Shown: piece after piece, positions 35,936-49,545 of the stretch
Layout: every line of letters starts with the position of its first letter
Numbering within the stretch: position 1 is the first letter of the stretch
Assembly (NCBI GenBank): GCA_951406725.2
Contig: OX597814.1
Location: forward strand, 204,414,001-204,478,000
Length of the DNA stretch: 64,000 nt
Reading direction: 5' to 3'
Source of the DNA: Octopus vulgaris
Lineage: Eukaryota
Position numbers and translations under genes: made by a program
The notes under the pieces: generated by a model
Databases searched by the model: none
The model's input: the letters and a program-made list of their open reading frames with translations, nothing else
Told to the model about the DNA's origin: nothing

Positions 35936-36029
35936 GTAATCTAAATTTCTGGAATTAATTTACATTTGTGTTTGTCCATCCTGAATGAATTAAATGCTTG
36001 TGATAGTGATTGAATGAATGAATATATAT

Positions 36030-36256
36030 TTCTTTATTGCCCACACAGGGCTAAACAGAGAGTGGACAAACAAGGACACACAAAGGGATTAAGTCGATTA
36101 CATTGACCCTAATGCATAACTGGTACTTATTTAATCGACCCTGAAAGGATGAAAGGCAAAGTCGACCTTGGCAGAATTTGAACTCAGTACGTAACAGCAG
36201 ATGAAATACAGCTAAGCATTTCACCCAGTGTGCTAATGATTCTAGCAGCTCGCCGT
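36030..36256 (-). mobile_element. tRNA-derived Meta-domain-type SINE (representative; others at ~35170-35385, 52350-52545, 53605-54030 x2, 57570-57780, 60600-60780)
   Basis: Minus strand GGCGAGCTGCTAGAATC..GAGTTCAAATTC head plus GCCTTTCATCCTTTCAGGGTCGATTAAATAAGTACCAG central domain. Confidence 0.7.
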
Positions 36257-37758
36257 CCTTTGAATGAATGAATATTACCATCATCATGGGTGTGGGTCAG
36301 GTCGGTGATGGTGCCACAGACACAACCACCACTCCTTGATGCACAAGTCTTGTCTCAAAGTCAAGATTGACAAGTCCTGTACATTCCATCAAGGTCTTTG
36401 CCGTGACAGTAACAAAGGGATTAAAGACATTACTTGGCTTCTCTTAACATTAATCACTGAACTGTAAAAAACACCTGTGCTGGCACTGCATAAAAAGCAC
36501 CCAGTACACTCTGTAAAGTGGGTTATATTAGGAAGGGCATCCTGTCATAGAAACCATATCAAATCAGACAACTGGAATCTGGTGCAGCCCTCCAGCTTGC
36601 CAGGTCAAACCTTTCAACCCATGCCAGCGTAAAAAAAAAATCAAATTATATAAGTAAACTGTTTGGGTATTTCACATCTTTGGAATAAGTTCCTGATGAA
36701 TAATCTATGGTTGTGTCATCACTATCATCATCATCATCATCATTTAACATCTGTTTTCCATACTGCTATGGTATAGACAGTTTGACTGGAGCTGGTAAGC
36801 GAGAGAGAGTTGCACCAAGCTCCAGTGGTTATTGAGGAATATTCAATGGCTGTGTTATTTAGTTTGCTTTGTAAGTACATGATTTGGTGTCTGATCTCAC
36901 CACATTGCCTTTAATGTAAATGTCTTATTGCATAACCGTTTGTCAACAATTTTGTAGTTGGTAATACTGGAATTCTGTCTGTGTGGACTGTTGTCAATCC
37001 TGAATAGTAGACTTAATCCATTCAACACAGTCCCTGGTTCTGACACAAACTTCTTATTTTAAAGTGATCTAAATTAAATCCATTACTAGTTGGGAAGTGA
37101 TGTCTCTCTATGATCACGGGTGGGGTTATCTACCAAGGGGTCTCACAGTGATAGTCTAAGGCCACTAGAGATATGTCATATAAAAACATCCCTGTAATTG
37201 CATTATAAATTTATGTAAGAAACTATTTAGAAAACCTATTCATATGTGATATTTATTTATTATGGAGGCAGTGACAAGTAACCGAGTCCTTTGACAATAT
37301 ACTGTGCTTGAGAAGGTTTGTCAAGCCAAGTGAGGTCGTAGTCATGGCTACTGGTGTTTTGTAACTGCCACCCATGCCAGTGGCACATAAAATGCACCCA
37401 CTACACTCTTGGAGTGATTGGCATTAGGAAGGGCATCCAACTGTAGGAATTTTGCCAAATCAGATTGAAATCTGGTGCAGCTCCCTAGCTTACCAGTTTT
37501 CAGTCAAACTGTCCAACCATCCAACCCAAGCTAGCAGAGAAAATGGACATTAAATGATGATGATAATGATAATGATGATGATGATGATATATGCTATATT
37601 AATTTATTATTATTATATGATATATTGGTGTAAGACATGGTTCTCAGATCCTGTCGATGCATTCAGTCGATGCTAGCATGGGAAGCAGACATAAAAGGAT
37701 GATGATGATGTTAAAATTAGTAAAATAAAATAAATTGTTTTCTTTTATTCCTTTTTAG

Positions 37759-37976
37759 GTGGAGTTCCTGTGGGTTTGTTGGAAATACAATTACAGTTGT
37801 TTCCGAATTTATCTATGAATCCATCAAACGAAGCTGTTACCAAACAAACAGAGTGTGAAACGGAAAGTCAGCGCATGAAAGAGAAGAAGTTCATAGCTTA
37901 TGCCAACAGTTGGTGGAGTGAATATCTACAAATAAATGACACTTTCAAAGATAGAATTGTGAAAATATTTGCTCAG
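37759..37976 (+). CDS. CEP76: CEP76 exon 5
   Basis: VPVGLLEIQLQLFP...FIAYANSWWSEYLQI...RIVKIFAQ; phase 1 to 0. Confidence 0.93.
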
Positions 37977-38689
37977 GTTTGAGTTGTTCTATCTATCTTT
38001 AAAATTATTATCAAACTGAAATTGTATTAAGTTTACATGGGTTGGCATTAAACTAGGACTACTGCCAACCACAACATCACCATCATAGAGGTGGTGGTGG
38101 TGGTGGTGTCTTTCTGTCTTTATATTTGTCATTCTGTTTTCAGGGTTTGATATGGCTTTACATTCATTTGCAAAGATTGTCTGTGTGAAGAAACAAGAAT
38201 TATTAAAACTGTAAAACCATTTTGGCAACTTCACTAGTGCTGCTGATATAAAAAAGTGCCTAGTACATGCTGTAAAATAAATTGGCATTAGGAAGGGTAT
38301 TCAGCCATAAAAACCATGCTAAAGCAAGCCTTGGCGTACCATGGATCTTGTCAAACAGTCCAACCCATGCCAACATGGAATACAGATGTTAAATGATTAT
38401 GATATTCAGTTTGTTTTGGGGTACCTAACTTTCTAAAATGAGTTACCCTCACAATGGTCGAGAAGTCATGTCTCTCTTTTCAAAATGAATTAAATTTCAG
38501 ATTTGTGTTGGAAACATGGCAAAGTAGACAGTGGAGCACAATGCAGTCCTTCGAGCCATACCCTCATGAAAATCAGTTCCCTATATCTGCCAAAATTACA
38601 GAAATATTTTTATAAAATGAAATCAAATAATTTTGTTAGCTAATATCTCTTGTTAAAGATATTTTTATGTTTCCATTTTCATGTTTCAG

Positions 38690-38881
38690 GATGAAAACTC
38701 CAAAAACCGTTTTGTTAGTTCGTTTGTAAAACGTCTCAAAGCCAACCGGTTGTTGAGTTCTGCACGAGAGGCAGCACGTTTTGTCAGTCTAATCCCTGTT
38801 GGAAAATCGGAAACAATAGGACATGCAATGACATCAGAAAGATGGACTTCAATGCATTCTTTTCTATGTTGTAATAAAGGA
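38690..38881 (+). CDS. CEP76: CEP76 exon 6
   Basis: DENSKNRFVSSFVKRLKANRLLSSAREAARFVSLI...ERWTSMHSFLCCNKG|GTGAGT; phase 0 to 0. Confidence 0.93.
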
Positions 38882-39913
38882 GTGAGTAATTTTATTATCC
38901 TTTTCTTTTCTTTTTTATCTATCAATGCTAAGTTGGTTTCTGTTTATAGTATCTTTCATGTAGCTTGGTTATTAGTTTGTATTGTTGCTGTATAACGTTT
39001 ATGTCGGTTAGCATTAAAATAGGACAATGATTGGTGTCAGCAACAATTAGGCTGTTGGTAGAGAGTTCATCAGAGAGTTAATTAGGCTCTGCTGATACAA
39101 TGAGTGAAAGTATAACATTTCAGGACCTTCGCTTTGTTTTGAGAGAGTGAGGGAAAAAGAGAGGGTGTTGTTGACCTATACTTTATCTCTTTTCTTCACC
39201 CTTTCGTTTAAAAGCCAAGCATCTCAATCAGTGATTCTCACCCTTTTTAATATCCAGGCCAGATCCAAAACTTGGATTTGTTTGAGGAGGCCACACCAAA
39301 AAAAGTAGAACACAAGTCAAAGAAAAATTTATATTTATCAAGGGAAGACTGTTGAGGACTGCTGGAAGGATGCTTTGAGGGCCGCACGAGGCCCTGGGAG
39401 CTGCAGTTGGCAACTACTAATCTAAATGTTAGATTCTATATTCCTCACAGTATTTAACTCTCATTGATTAAATTAACATTAGCTAACAATCAGATTAATT
39501 ATTTGCAGATGGAAATAATTATACTGTAATGGTTTCCAAATTATTATTGGTGTTCCAGTGTATATAACATAATGTGTATACAAATATTGAATGACATCAG
39601 GTAAAATGTCTTAAAGGAACTCCTGGGACAATATATTACAACTAGGGCTGTTCTACATTTTTATACACACTGTTTTCATACATTTATAAATTTTATATAC
39701 ATTGTTTTTATATTATCAATCTTACACACAATTGTTATATATAGAAATTTAATACACACCAGATATATATATTTTATAGATTTTATATATACTGTTTTTA
39801 TACACAAATTTATACACACCATTTTTATACCTATAAATTTTATGCTCAATCTTAATGTAAGGCTGTTTCTAAGTGTGTATATCATTATCAATGTTGTAAT
39901 TTTATTTCTCCAG

Positions 39914-40077
39914 GGATCCATGGATCATGCTATTTTATTGTGTAGTCTGTTGCTTGGCTTTGGTCTAAATGCATATGTATGTGTAGGAACCAAGTCAAAA
40001 GGCAGCATCCACTTTTGGGTTGTTACAATCAGCTGTGAAGGACTGGTAACATTTTGGGAGAGTGTAACTGGTCTTAC
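39914..40077 (+). CDS. CEP76: CEP76 exon 7 (transglutaminase-like domain)
   Basis: GSMDHAILLCSLLLGFGLNAYVCVGTK...HFWVVT...VTFWESVTG; phase 0 to 2. Confidence 0.95.
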
Positions 40078-41058
40078 GTAAGTTAGTCTCCACATTTTTT
40101 CAAACTTGAATTCTTCAAGAAGTATGTATAGTGTTAAATTGAAAGTCAGAATGTAGTTATAAGCGAGAATATGTCGTTAATTAGTTATTAAACAACGTCA
40201 GCATACTGACCATACTCAAGTATTGCAATGAACCCGACCATGTGGTCTTGGGGTCAGTCTCACTGCATGATACTTTGGGTAAGTCGTCTTCTACTTCAGT
40301 CTTAGGCTGACCAAAGCCTTGCGAGTGGATTCAGTTGACAGAAACTGAAAAGAAGCCTGTCCTACATATATGCTTGTGTGCATCCTTGTCTTGACATCAT
40401 GTGATGGTTGTAAACAAGCATCACCCTCATACAAGCAGTGTTTGTTTCCAGCCTTTCGTGGACAACATGTTTGGCTATGGGTAAATACTACCTTACTTAG
40501 AAACATGTGGCAGTTGGTGAGAAGGAGAGCATGCAGCCATAGAAAATTAACCTCAACAAACTCCCTCTGGCCCATACAGGTATGGAAAAGTGGACATTAA
40601 ATGATGATGATTTTACATGTACTTGTGTGTGTGTACATGAATGATAGTCTTCCATACAGTTTTACTCGCAAGGTTTAGTTAACCTGTGCAGTAGGATCAA
40701 ACCTGTGCTCTTTGTCAACAATATTAGGGCAGGATATTAAACGAATCAGTTGGACGCCTAATGTTTGTAAATCTTTCTTTTAAAGAAATCACCATCATTT
40801 TTTAATGTCTACTTTTCCATGCTTGCCTGGGTTGGATCCTTGAAGAAGACACTTGCCCATAGTGCTGCATAGTGGGATTGAACCTGGTACCTATAGTTCA
40901 AAAGCTCACTTGACCACACAGCCACGTCTGTGCCCATGTTGTTTTCTATTCTGTGTATTGTGGACTAGAAGACTATATCACTTGTGATATTGTCATGATT
41001 AAATGCATCCTGTACAACTCTACATTCTATTGGAAGGTTTTAATTTACATTACTTTAA

Positions 41059-41272
41059 CCTTTTCGTTACCATATTCCTGTTGAATTATATTGCCTTTGT
41101 TTCAATTAATTTTGAAATTAATGAATAATGAAATAACTTTGTTACTATCAAGCTGGTTTTTGGGTCATGATTTAACACATTTTGATGGTAGATATGAATT
41201 TTTGATACCTTAAAAATAGAAGTTTGTATCATAGAACCAGAGTCAGTCTCAGGCAGGATGGTATCAAAAGGG
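41059..41272. mobile_element. piggyBac-type MITE family 1
   Basis: TTAA|CCTTTTCGTTACCAT ... ATGGTATCAAAAGGG|TTTA; homologous to 58701-58915 and to the remnant at ~22490-22872. Confidence 0.7.
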
Positions 41273-41364
41273 TTTATTAAAAGATGATTTTCAACTCAGA
41301 AATTGATTTTCTCCATAAAGCTGGGCGAGATAATTCTAAAAAAGTGATTTAATTTTTTTTGTAG

Positions 41365-41485
41365 GTATATTCATAAACCTTTAGATCAAAATAATCCACC
41401 TCTGGCCAAGAAATATGCTCATCCTATGCCCTACAGAACTGTAGGATGTATCTTTAATCATTATCAGTTTTATGCCAATTGTCAG
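41365..41485 (+). CDS. CEP76: CEP76 exon 8
   Basis: YIHKP...PYRTVGCIFNHYQFYANCQ|GTAAAT; phase 2 to 0. Confidence 0.93.
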
Positions 41486-41583
41486 GTAAATATATTTATT
41501 ATATCTATTTCTCAAAACAGATAATCTTTCATATACATCTACCCATTTCTCCATCTCTTTCTCTCTCTCACTCTCTCTTTCTT

Positions 41584-41618
<35 letters not shown>

Positions 41619-43104
41619 ACATCATCAATTAATATCTGCTTTCCATGCTAGCATGATAAGCCGGAGAGCTGCATCAGGATCCAGTCTGATTTGGCCTGGT
41701 TTCTACAACTGGATGCCCTTGTAATGGGTGCTTTTTATGTGCCACTTACATGACACCGGCAATGGCCACGGCTACGATTTACAAGTGCCATTTACATAAC
41801 ACTGGCAACATATATTTTATCCATTCTTTTGAGTATGTGATTGCATCGTACCAGTGAAAAAAATATTCAGAGAAGTTAATGTATTAAACCTGCTATTGTG
41901 TGTGTACATATCTGTATGTCTATGTGTGTATGTGCACATGTAACTGAGAATCAGATCAAATGATTAGAGGAACCAACAGTTTAGAATATGCGTGTGTTTA
42001 TATATATATTTATATAACTAGCACCTGTGCTGGTGGCATGTAAAAAGCACCTTTCAAGCGTTGGGTCTCATGGAGGCAATGACTGAGACCTTTGGCTATA
42101 TGCCATGCTTGAGTTGAAGACGCATAAAGCCAAGTGAAATCGTAGTTGTGTCAGATACTGGTGTCACACAACTGGCACCTGTGCTGGTGTCATGTAAAAG
42201 CACCCATTACACTCTTGGAGTAGTTGGCATTAGGAAGGGCATCCAGCCGTAGAAATCATGTCAAATCAGACTGGAGTCTGTGCAGCGCCTCGGCTTGCTA
42301 GCATAGACAACAGACATTAAATAATGATGTGTATGTATATAGATACACACACATACACATGTATCATAAAATAGCATGCTGAAAGCTTGAATACATATAC
42401 ACACATGTTTATATCAATAGCTTTGGTCAGAAATTATATCAGTTCTCTTGTGTCCATGTATTGCATTGAGAAAACAAAAGTTAACACAGAGCCTTAGTCA
42501 CTTAAAAACATAATTGTTTGTAATCATTATCTAAAGTTTAAATATCATACACATGATTTGAGTGACTGATGTAAGAATAATTAATCATAAATGGCTATTA
42601 GTCATTGAATGGAATATAGAAAAGTTACTCTTTAACTGCAGGCCAGTCTGATTCAGCAGATGTTCGAGCTGTGACCATCCTGTCTTTGGAATAGCTGTGT
42701 CTATGACTAGACTGTCCAATATGTCCTTCTGTTTTGAAACGGTATTTCTAAAGATTGAGCATAGATGTGCCTTTGTTGGTTCACATCTGAAGAGCATTAT
42801 AGTCTGTGATGTCATATGACAGATGGAGAATATCTGACTGTAGAATTAAACTACTCAAGGAATGTTATACATAAATATGTTTCTTTATAGATCTATTCAA
42901 CCCATCTGTGTAAAAAGGGATGTTAAATCTATGATAATAAAGAGCAAAATAATCTGAATTGTCATGTTTATTTCTGATATTTTTCATATTAGAGTGTTTT
43001 TATAGATTTTTTTTTTGTATTTGTATTACATACAGTAGTAAAATATTTCCTTTAAAATTATTATTTCTATTTTCTTGTTTATAAAAAAAAAAACCTTTCA
43101 CCAG

Positions 43105-43317
43105 TCAAGTGATGCCATAGAGATGTGTGAATTCAATGTAAAAGTATCAAGCAGTTGGAAATCTATGTCTGAGGATGCCATCTGGTCCATTTGTGAACCT
43201 TCTTCTTGTCCTCTCTGGCCTCCACTTTGCCCACTTAGACGTAATCCATTCGACACAGTGAAATATAGTGATCTTCTTGAGAAGCAACTTTGTGATTTAG
43301 TCGTTGCATACAGACAG
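43105..43317 (+). CDS. CEP76: CEP76 exon 9
   Basis: SSDAIEMCEF...WKSMSEDAI...LEKQLCDLVVAYRQ; phase 0 to 0. Confidence 0.9.
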
Positions 43318-43751
43318 GTAATATAAATATGTTCTGAAATATTGATTTAACCAGTCCACGATGTTATTTGGAAGAGATAATATTTTTTCTTCCTTGAAAT
43401 ATCCCCAAACTTTGTTTCAAGTTAATTTATTTACATTATTCTTATTGCCCTCATAAATTTTGTAGATGGAACCTCTGCACAGAAGCCCATGATTGTGCTT
43501 ATCTTTACTGGTATAAAAAAACAGTTTTGTGTCAAGAACCCTTACTTAGTAATTTGACAAAATGTAGATCAATAAAATAAATACCAGATTGAAATCAATT
43601 CATTCGATTAAAAATCCTTCAAGGTGGTGCCCCAGGATGGCCGTAGTCTAATAACTGAAACAAATTAAAGGGAAAAGAATGTTCTAATGATTTTGCCAAC
43701 TTGCTGCCTGTGGCAATAATAATGAAAGTATTGTTTTTATTTATTTTCCAG

Positions 43752-43839
43752 AATGAAGGTCTTACAACTCAGTGGGACCACGAACTTTCTTACTTACTGA
43801 CATCTTTGCTGTCTTCTCATGAATGTGAACGAATTACAG
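43752..43839 (+). CDS. CEP76: CEP76 exon 10
   Basis: NEGLTTQWDHELSYLLTSLLSSHECERIT|GTAAGC; phase 0 to 1. Confidence 0.92.
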
Positions 43840-45434
43840 GTAAGCACTCATTTTAATCTCAGCTATCTAACTTCACAGTTTCAGGTTCGGTCCCATTGTG
43901 GCACTTTGGGAATATGTTTTTCATGCTGTAGTGTAGAGACATTGCCAAAACAGATGACTGGAGTGTGGTGCAGCCTTCTGGCTTGTCAGCTCCTTCCTGT
44001 CAAACTGTCCAACCATGCCAACATGGAAAACAGATGTTAAATGACAATGGTTTCTCAACCACATGGTTTTAGGTTCAGTCCCATTGTGTGGTCATCATCA
44101 TCATCATCATTGTTTAACGTCTGTTTTCCATGCTGGCATGGGTTGGACAGTTTGACTGGGGACTGGCAAGCCAGGAGGCCGCACCAGGCTCCAATCTGAT
44201 CTGGCAGTGTTTCTACAGTTAGATGCCCTTCCTAACGCCAACCACTCCGAGAGTGTAGTGGGTGCTTTTTATGTGTCACCGGCATGGGAGCTGGTCAGGC
44301 GGCACTGGCATCAGTCACGTTCATATGGTGCTTATTGCATGCCACCAGCATGGGAGCCAGTCAGGCAACACTGGCATCTACAATTTCCATTTCATTGTGA
44401 TTTGATTTGATTTTGATTTTAGGAAAGTGTTTTCTACTTTCTAATCATGTGGTTTCAGGTTCAATCCCATTAGAGCACCTTGGGAAAGTTTTTGCTTCCA
44501 AATTATATGGTAAACTAGTTCAGTGTCACTACGCTGCACCTTAGACAAGTGTCTTCTGCTATAGCTATAGGCTGGCCAAAACCTTGTGAGTGAATCGGGA
44601 GAAAACTGGAAGAAACCCATCACCTGTTGTGTGTATGTTTGTATGTATTTGTGCTCTAAGAAGGTTGCTTCCTGTGTTAATATTTCTTCTTCTGTCAACA
44701 AATCATCTACTCACTTCATGCATTCAAGAAGTCCTTTGTAAAACGGATAAGGATGATTGACAGGAAGTGCATCCAGCTGTAAAAGAATGCCACAATACTA
44801 CGTTCGTTTGATCCATGCTAGCAAGGAAAAAAATAGATGTAAAATCGAACTACAGAACCACTACTCTTCCATAACATGTGTAGCATATAGTAACCCATGT
44901 TGATTAATCTAAATTATACAGTCATTTTATAATTATCCCTGGAACAATGACTCTGGTGAGCTTAGATGATAGTCGTCATCGTTTAGTGTCCAGCTTCTCT
45001 GCTACTTTGCATGGATGGTTTGACAGGATCTGTCTTCTTTGCTATGGTCTCAATGGCTGGATAGCCTTCCTGATACTAACCACTTTGCTGCATTATATAT
45101 TACTAGCAATACCTAAATAAATTCCATGGTTATTTAGAAAACTCTTAGATTGTTGAAAGTTTATACAGAACCAAAAATTACATAATTTCTTTTGAAATTG
45201 TATTTTCTGAAGCATTTCATTTTTGAGATGATGTAAAGTCCACATAGGTAGTATAGAAGGTGCAGCCTTTGGAGAGAACATCTTTGAAAACCATATTCTT
45301 TATTATGCTCTTTACAGTTATCACTTATCTTTTATGTCAAGAAGTGAATGTGCTCCAGAAAGTATTACATATATTGTCCATGAGAATTTTCAATTTTAAA
45401 TTGTACTAATTATGTGAAATCTTTGCTTGTGAAG

Positions 45435-45564
45435 GTTTTACTGCTGGTAATGAAGAATTTCAAGATGCCTTGCGGCAAGCAATTCCTGAGAAACATACTT
45501 TCAGTGGTTTTCCGATTCAACAAGCACACACAAACATTAAAAAGTTGTTCCATGAAGCTCTGAA
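45435..45564 (+). CDS. CEP76: CEP76 exon 11
   Basis: GFTAGNEEFQDALRQAIPEKHTFSGFPIQ; AAG acceptor, GTAAGT donor; phase 1 to 2. Confidence 0.92.
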
Positions 45565-45626
45565 GTAAGTTTTTAGCTTTTATTTTCATTTGTGTTTTTT
45601 TGTTAAAAAAAAATTGAAACTTTATT

Positions 45627-46060
45627 ATGACCTCTGGCAGCTGACTTGGCAGACACCCATAAAATTATTAACCATCTTACAAACAATAACTCTGAGCACC
45701 TTTTCAAACTCCACCTGTCTAACACCCGTGGACATGTTTACAAAGTCAGAAAACAGCACAGCTCCCATGACTTTCGGAAACATTTTTTCACGCTAAGAGT
45801 TGCTGAAGCATGGAACAAACTGCCGGCATCAGTTGTTAGTTGTCGGAGCACTGCATCCTTCAAAACTTCCATGCTTCCTGAGATTCGCCAACACTACACC
45901 TGATTTTCTCCCCTCCATACACATGCAAGCATGTATCTGACTCATACACTGTTCACTTTCCAGACATTTGTACATTACTGCATATGCTTTATATGCACTT
46001 TTGATAAGTTGTGGTGCACCTGAACACTGTATACAATAATTTCATTATTATTATTATTAT
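45627..46060 (+). mobile_element. CR1-type LINE 3' end
   Basis: NTRGHVYKV...RKHFFTLRVAEAWNKLPASVV...SFK* (CR1 ORF2 C-terminus), then a 3'UTR with an (ATT)n tail. Confidence 0.85.
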
Positions 46061-47647
46061 ATACATGGCTGTGTGGTTGAGAAGTTTGCCTCCCAATCAT
46101 GTAGTCTCAGGCTCAGCCCCACAACACAACACCTTGATTTAATGTCTTCTGTTATATCCTGGGCCAACCAAAGTCTTGTGGGTGAATATGGTAGATGGAA
46201 ACTGAAAGAAGCCCATGTTAATGTGTGTGTGATTGTGTTTCCTCATCTTGATATTGTGAAATAATTGTAAATGAATGCCATTCACACAATCAGTGGCCTT
46301 TCATTTCCAGTCTTTCATGAAAATATGCCTGGCTATGGGAGAAATATTACCTTTCTTGGTGACAGGAAAGGTGTCTGGCTGTAGAAAATCTGCTTTAGTG
46401 AACCCTGTCTGACCCATGTAGACATTAAAATAGTGATGATGATGATGGCGATGATTTAAATTAGGTGGCATAAAATGTGGGTGAATGAAGTTTGTACATT
46501 ATCGGGGCTGTCTGGAACAGTTAAGAAGTAGGGTTCCTACACATACACCAGTAATATACTTTCAAATAGGGTTACTTGACCAGTGGGACCTGGGGGCAAG
46601 CATCCAGTGTGCCCATGCCTTCTGATAGCACTGTACCTCTCATTGTGATTATACATAACATCTATCATGTTTAACCTCAGATTAATCCTGATAGAGCAGA
46701 ACTATGATCAAAAGTAGTCCAACCAGGACCATCCTATTTTTGTATGTGGATAGGAATACATTACCTTTTGTATTTTTGCTTATTTAATGCCAGTAGAGTG
46801 TGATATGAGGGAAATTTGGTTACTGGTTCTAGCAGGTGGAGGTTCCTTCATTGACATGTTATGTTAGAAAGTGATTCACTTTCATGTTTATTAAAATCTC
46901 TGAAATATTTTATTAAAAGTTATGACCTTTGTCAAGTAAATACTCTTGGACTTAGCCATGTTGGTCTGTCAGACAAACATTTACTTTCTCTATTCAGCTT
47001 GTATGTGTTGTTTCACTCACTCCCCTATTTACATTGTTACATTTATTTAAGAGTGAACAGAGACAATGCAGTGTAGAGAAGACTCTTTAGTGTTGCAGAG
47101 GACAAAGCAGGCTCCCTGTTATTGATGCCATGAAAAATTGCACTCTATACACTCTGTAAAGGTGTTAGGAAAGACATACAACCATAGAAGCCCAGCTGCC
47201 TCCCAAAATGGAACATACGAGTGAGATGTTCTCCAAAATGTTTAGGAAGACAGTAACTCCTCTGTGTAAGAACTGTTTTGGACTATGACAACCTGTTCAA
47301 CTCATGTAAAATTATGACAGTGATGATGATAGCACCATCATCATCATCATCATCATCATCGTTATTGCAGCAAGCTGGCAAAATTGTTAGCTGTATTTCT
47401 ACTGGTTCATTATGGTCTCATTTTCAAATGCTGCCAAGGTGCTTATTTTATCAACTCTGAAAAGGGTGAGGAGGGTAAGTCAACCCTGGTAGCATTTGGA
47501 CCCAGAATGTAAAACCAAAAGAAATGCTGTTAAGCATCTTTTACAGTGTGGTAACAATTCTGCCAACTCACTGTTTTCAATTACTGATATTTATTAATTA
47601 CTAATTAATATAATAACTGATATTTCTCTCATTATTTTTTTTTTCAG

Positions 47648-47786
47648 GTCCTCTCTTTGTCAAGACATCATTTCATGCCGAGGAGACAAAGTCCGCCTGT
47701 CCGTCAGAGTCTGTGTTTTTCCCTACCCTGAAAGTGTATGTGCAATGTGGGCCATGTTTGCTTGTGTGTGCCAAAGGATTATTTAA
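47648..47786 (+). CDS. CEP76: CEP76 exon 12 (last coding exon)
   Basis: SSLCQDIISCRGDKVRLSVRVCVFPYPESVCAMWAMFAC...* matches the CEP76 C-terminus. Confidence 0.94.
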
Positions 47787-48019
47787 ACAGTATTTCATTG
47801 TATAATCATTTTTACAAATGATTCCGCATCAATTTCCATCAAAGTTGAATTTTTATGACAACCTGATAAGTAAGAATCATTAAGATTAATCAGACTAATT
47901 AGACATGTTAACTTTTGTTGTTATGCATTTTGTTGGTGTGAATCTTCTTCAGCTGCACAGTTTTACTTATTTATATATTACCTTGAGTAAGGAAGTGAAG
48001 CATATATATATATATATAC

Positions 48020-48200
48020 ATTAATTTATAATTATATTAAAGGGTGCGGATAAACCCCACCAACACGCTAGAAATAGACGCCAAATGGCTAAAAGCAGGT
48101 GCTAATAGAGTGTAGATATAGTTTTTAGAGCCATTTGGTGTCTATTTCTAGCATGTTGGTGGTTGTTTATCCGCACCCTTTAATATAATTATAAATTAAT
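48020..48200. repeat. Inverted repeat, ~71-bp arms, ~38-bp loop
   Basis: ATTAATTTATAATTATATTAAAGGGTGCGGATAAAC...CCAAATGGCT / AGCCATTTGG...GTTTATCCGCACCCTTTAATATAATTATAAATTAAT. Confidence 0.9.
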
Positions 48201-48281
48201 ATAAATTGTAACCTGTATGATTTTTTTATTTCATGCTGGTCAGTTGATAAAATCATTAAAGTAGTTTTATCCTTAATTTTG

Positions 48282-48326
<45 letters not shown>

Positions 48327-49267
48327 CATCTCAAAAGAATGTGTTATAATACTATTCCAGAGCCATACCAACAATCCAACATACCTCCATCATCAGCTGC
48401 CCCACGGATATCATTATGGTTTCGACACCTGGACAGTACCATTCAATCTGGCGGTGTCAATACACACACACACACACACACACATATATACACACACTTT
48501 CATCTGAAGTTTACAGTGACATGAAACTCAAGTTGTGAGATAAACTCTCAGCTTCAGCAACAGTTACATGTGTGTGTGTGTGTGTGTTTCTAGGCATATC
48601 TTTTATCTTTTACTTCTTTCAGTCATTGAACTGCCTTAAAGGGATTAATCGAACAAAAACAAATCACCCTCAGCACTTATATTTAAGTCTGTTAATTATT
48701 GTCAGTTCCTTTTGCTGAACTGCTAAGTTATGGATGTATAAAGAAATTGATACAAGTTGTCAAGCAGTGTGGTAGGGACAAAAACACACACACACATACC
48801 TATACGCACACGTGTGCGCAACTAGCTTCTATATAAAAGGCATTGGTTATCCAGGCCCTATAATAGGGGACATCTACCCAAAGTGCCATGCAATAAGATT
48901 GAACCCAAAACTGTGGTTGCAAAGTGTTCTTAACCACACATCCATGCCTGCATGATGTGTTTGTGTGTGTTTATGTGTGTGTGTGTATATTTTTGACAGG
49001 GACTTAAAAGTTTTGGCCACTCAAACCGTTGTTGGACTGCTGCTGATGGCTTAACTGGTCCAAACTTTGAAGTCACTGTCAACCATATTCTTGTTGAAGA
49101 ATAAAGTTATATAGAGTAACCCCTCAGATTAATGTAAAACTGTTTTATTATAACGAAACATAAAAGCAATAAAATATATGTAAAATTAATACTCATCAAT
49201 TACAGAATAACTTCAGGGGCTGAGAGTTTCATGCACTGATTTTCCTGTTTGCATCACCAAACTTTTA

Positions 49268-49545
49268 TATATATATATGAAATATTAGAAAAAAACCACC
49301 TTTTATCAATTCAAAATGAACAATTAAATTACACCATCTAGAAAATTACATATAATAGAAATATTAAAAATAAAATAACAATAATTTGCCGATGATTAAT
49401 ATATTTGGTATATTAATCATCGGCAAATTATTGTTATTTTATTTTTAATATTTCTATTATATGTAATTTTCTAGATGGTGTAATTTAATTGTTCAATTTG
49501 AATTTATAAAAGGTGGGTTTTTTTCTAATTTTTATATATATATAT
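49268..49545. repeat. Near-perfect AT-rich palindrome, ~130-bp arms, 5-nt loop
   Basis: Centre ...GCCGATGATTAATATA-TTTGG-TATATTAATCATCGGC... (loop 49404-49408). Confidence 0.95.

Noticed and set aside
39660-39845. Degenerate TTTTATACAC-type repeats
   Set aside because: Low-complexity intronic sequence without a consistent period.
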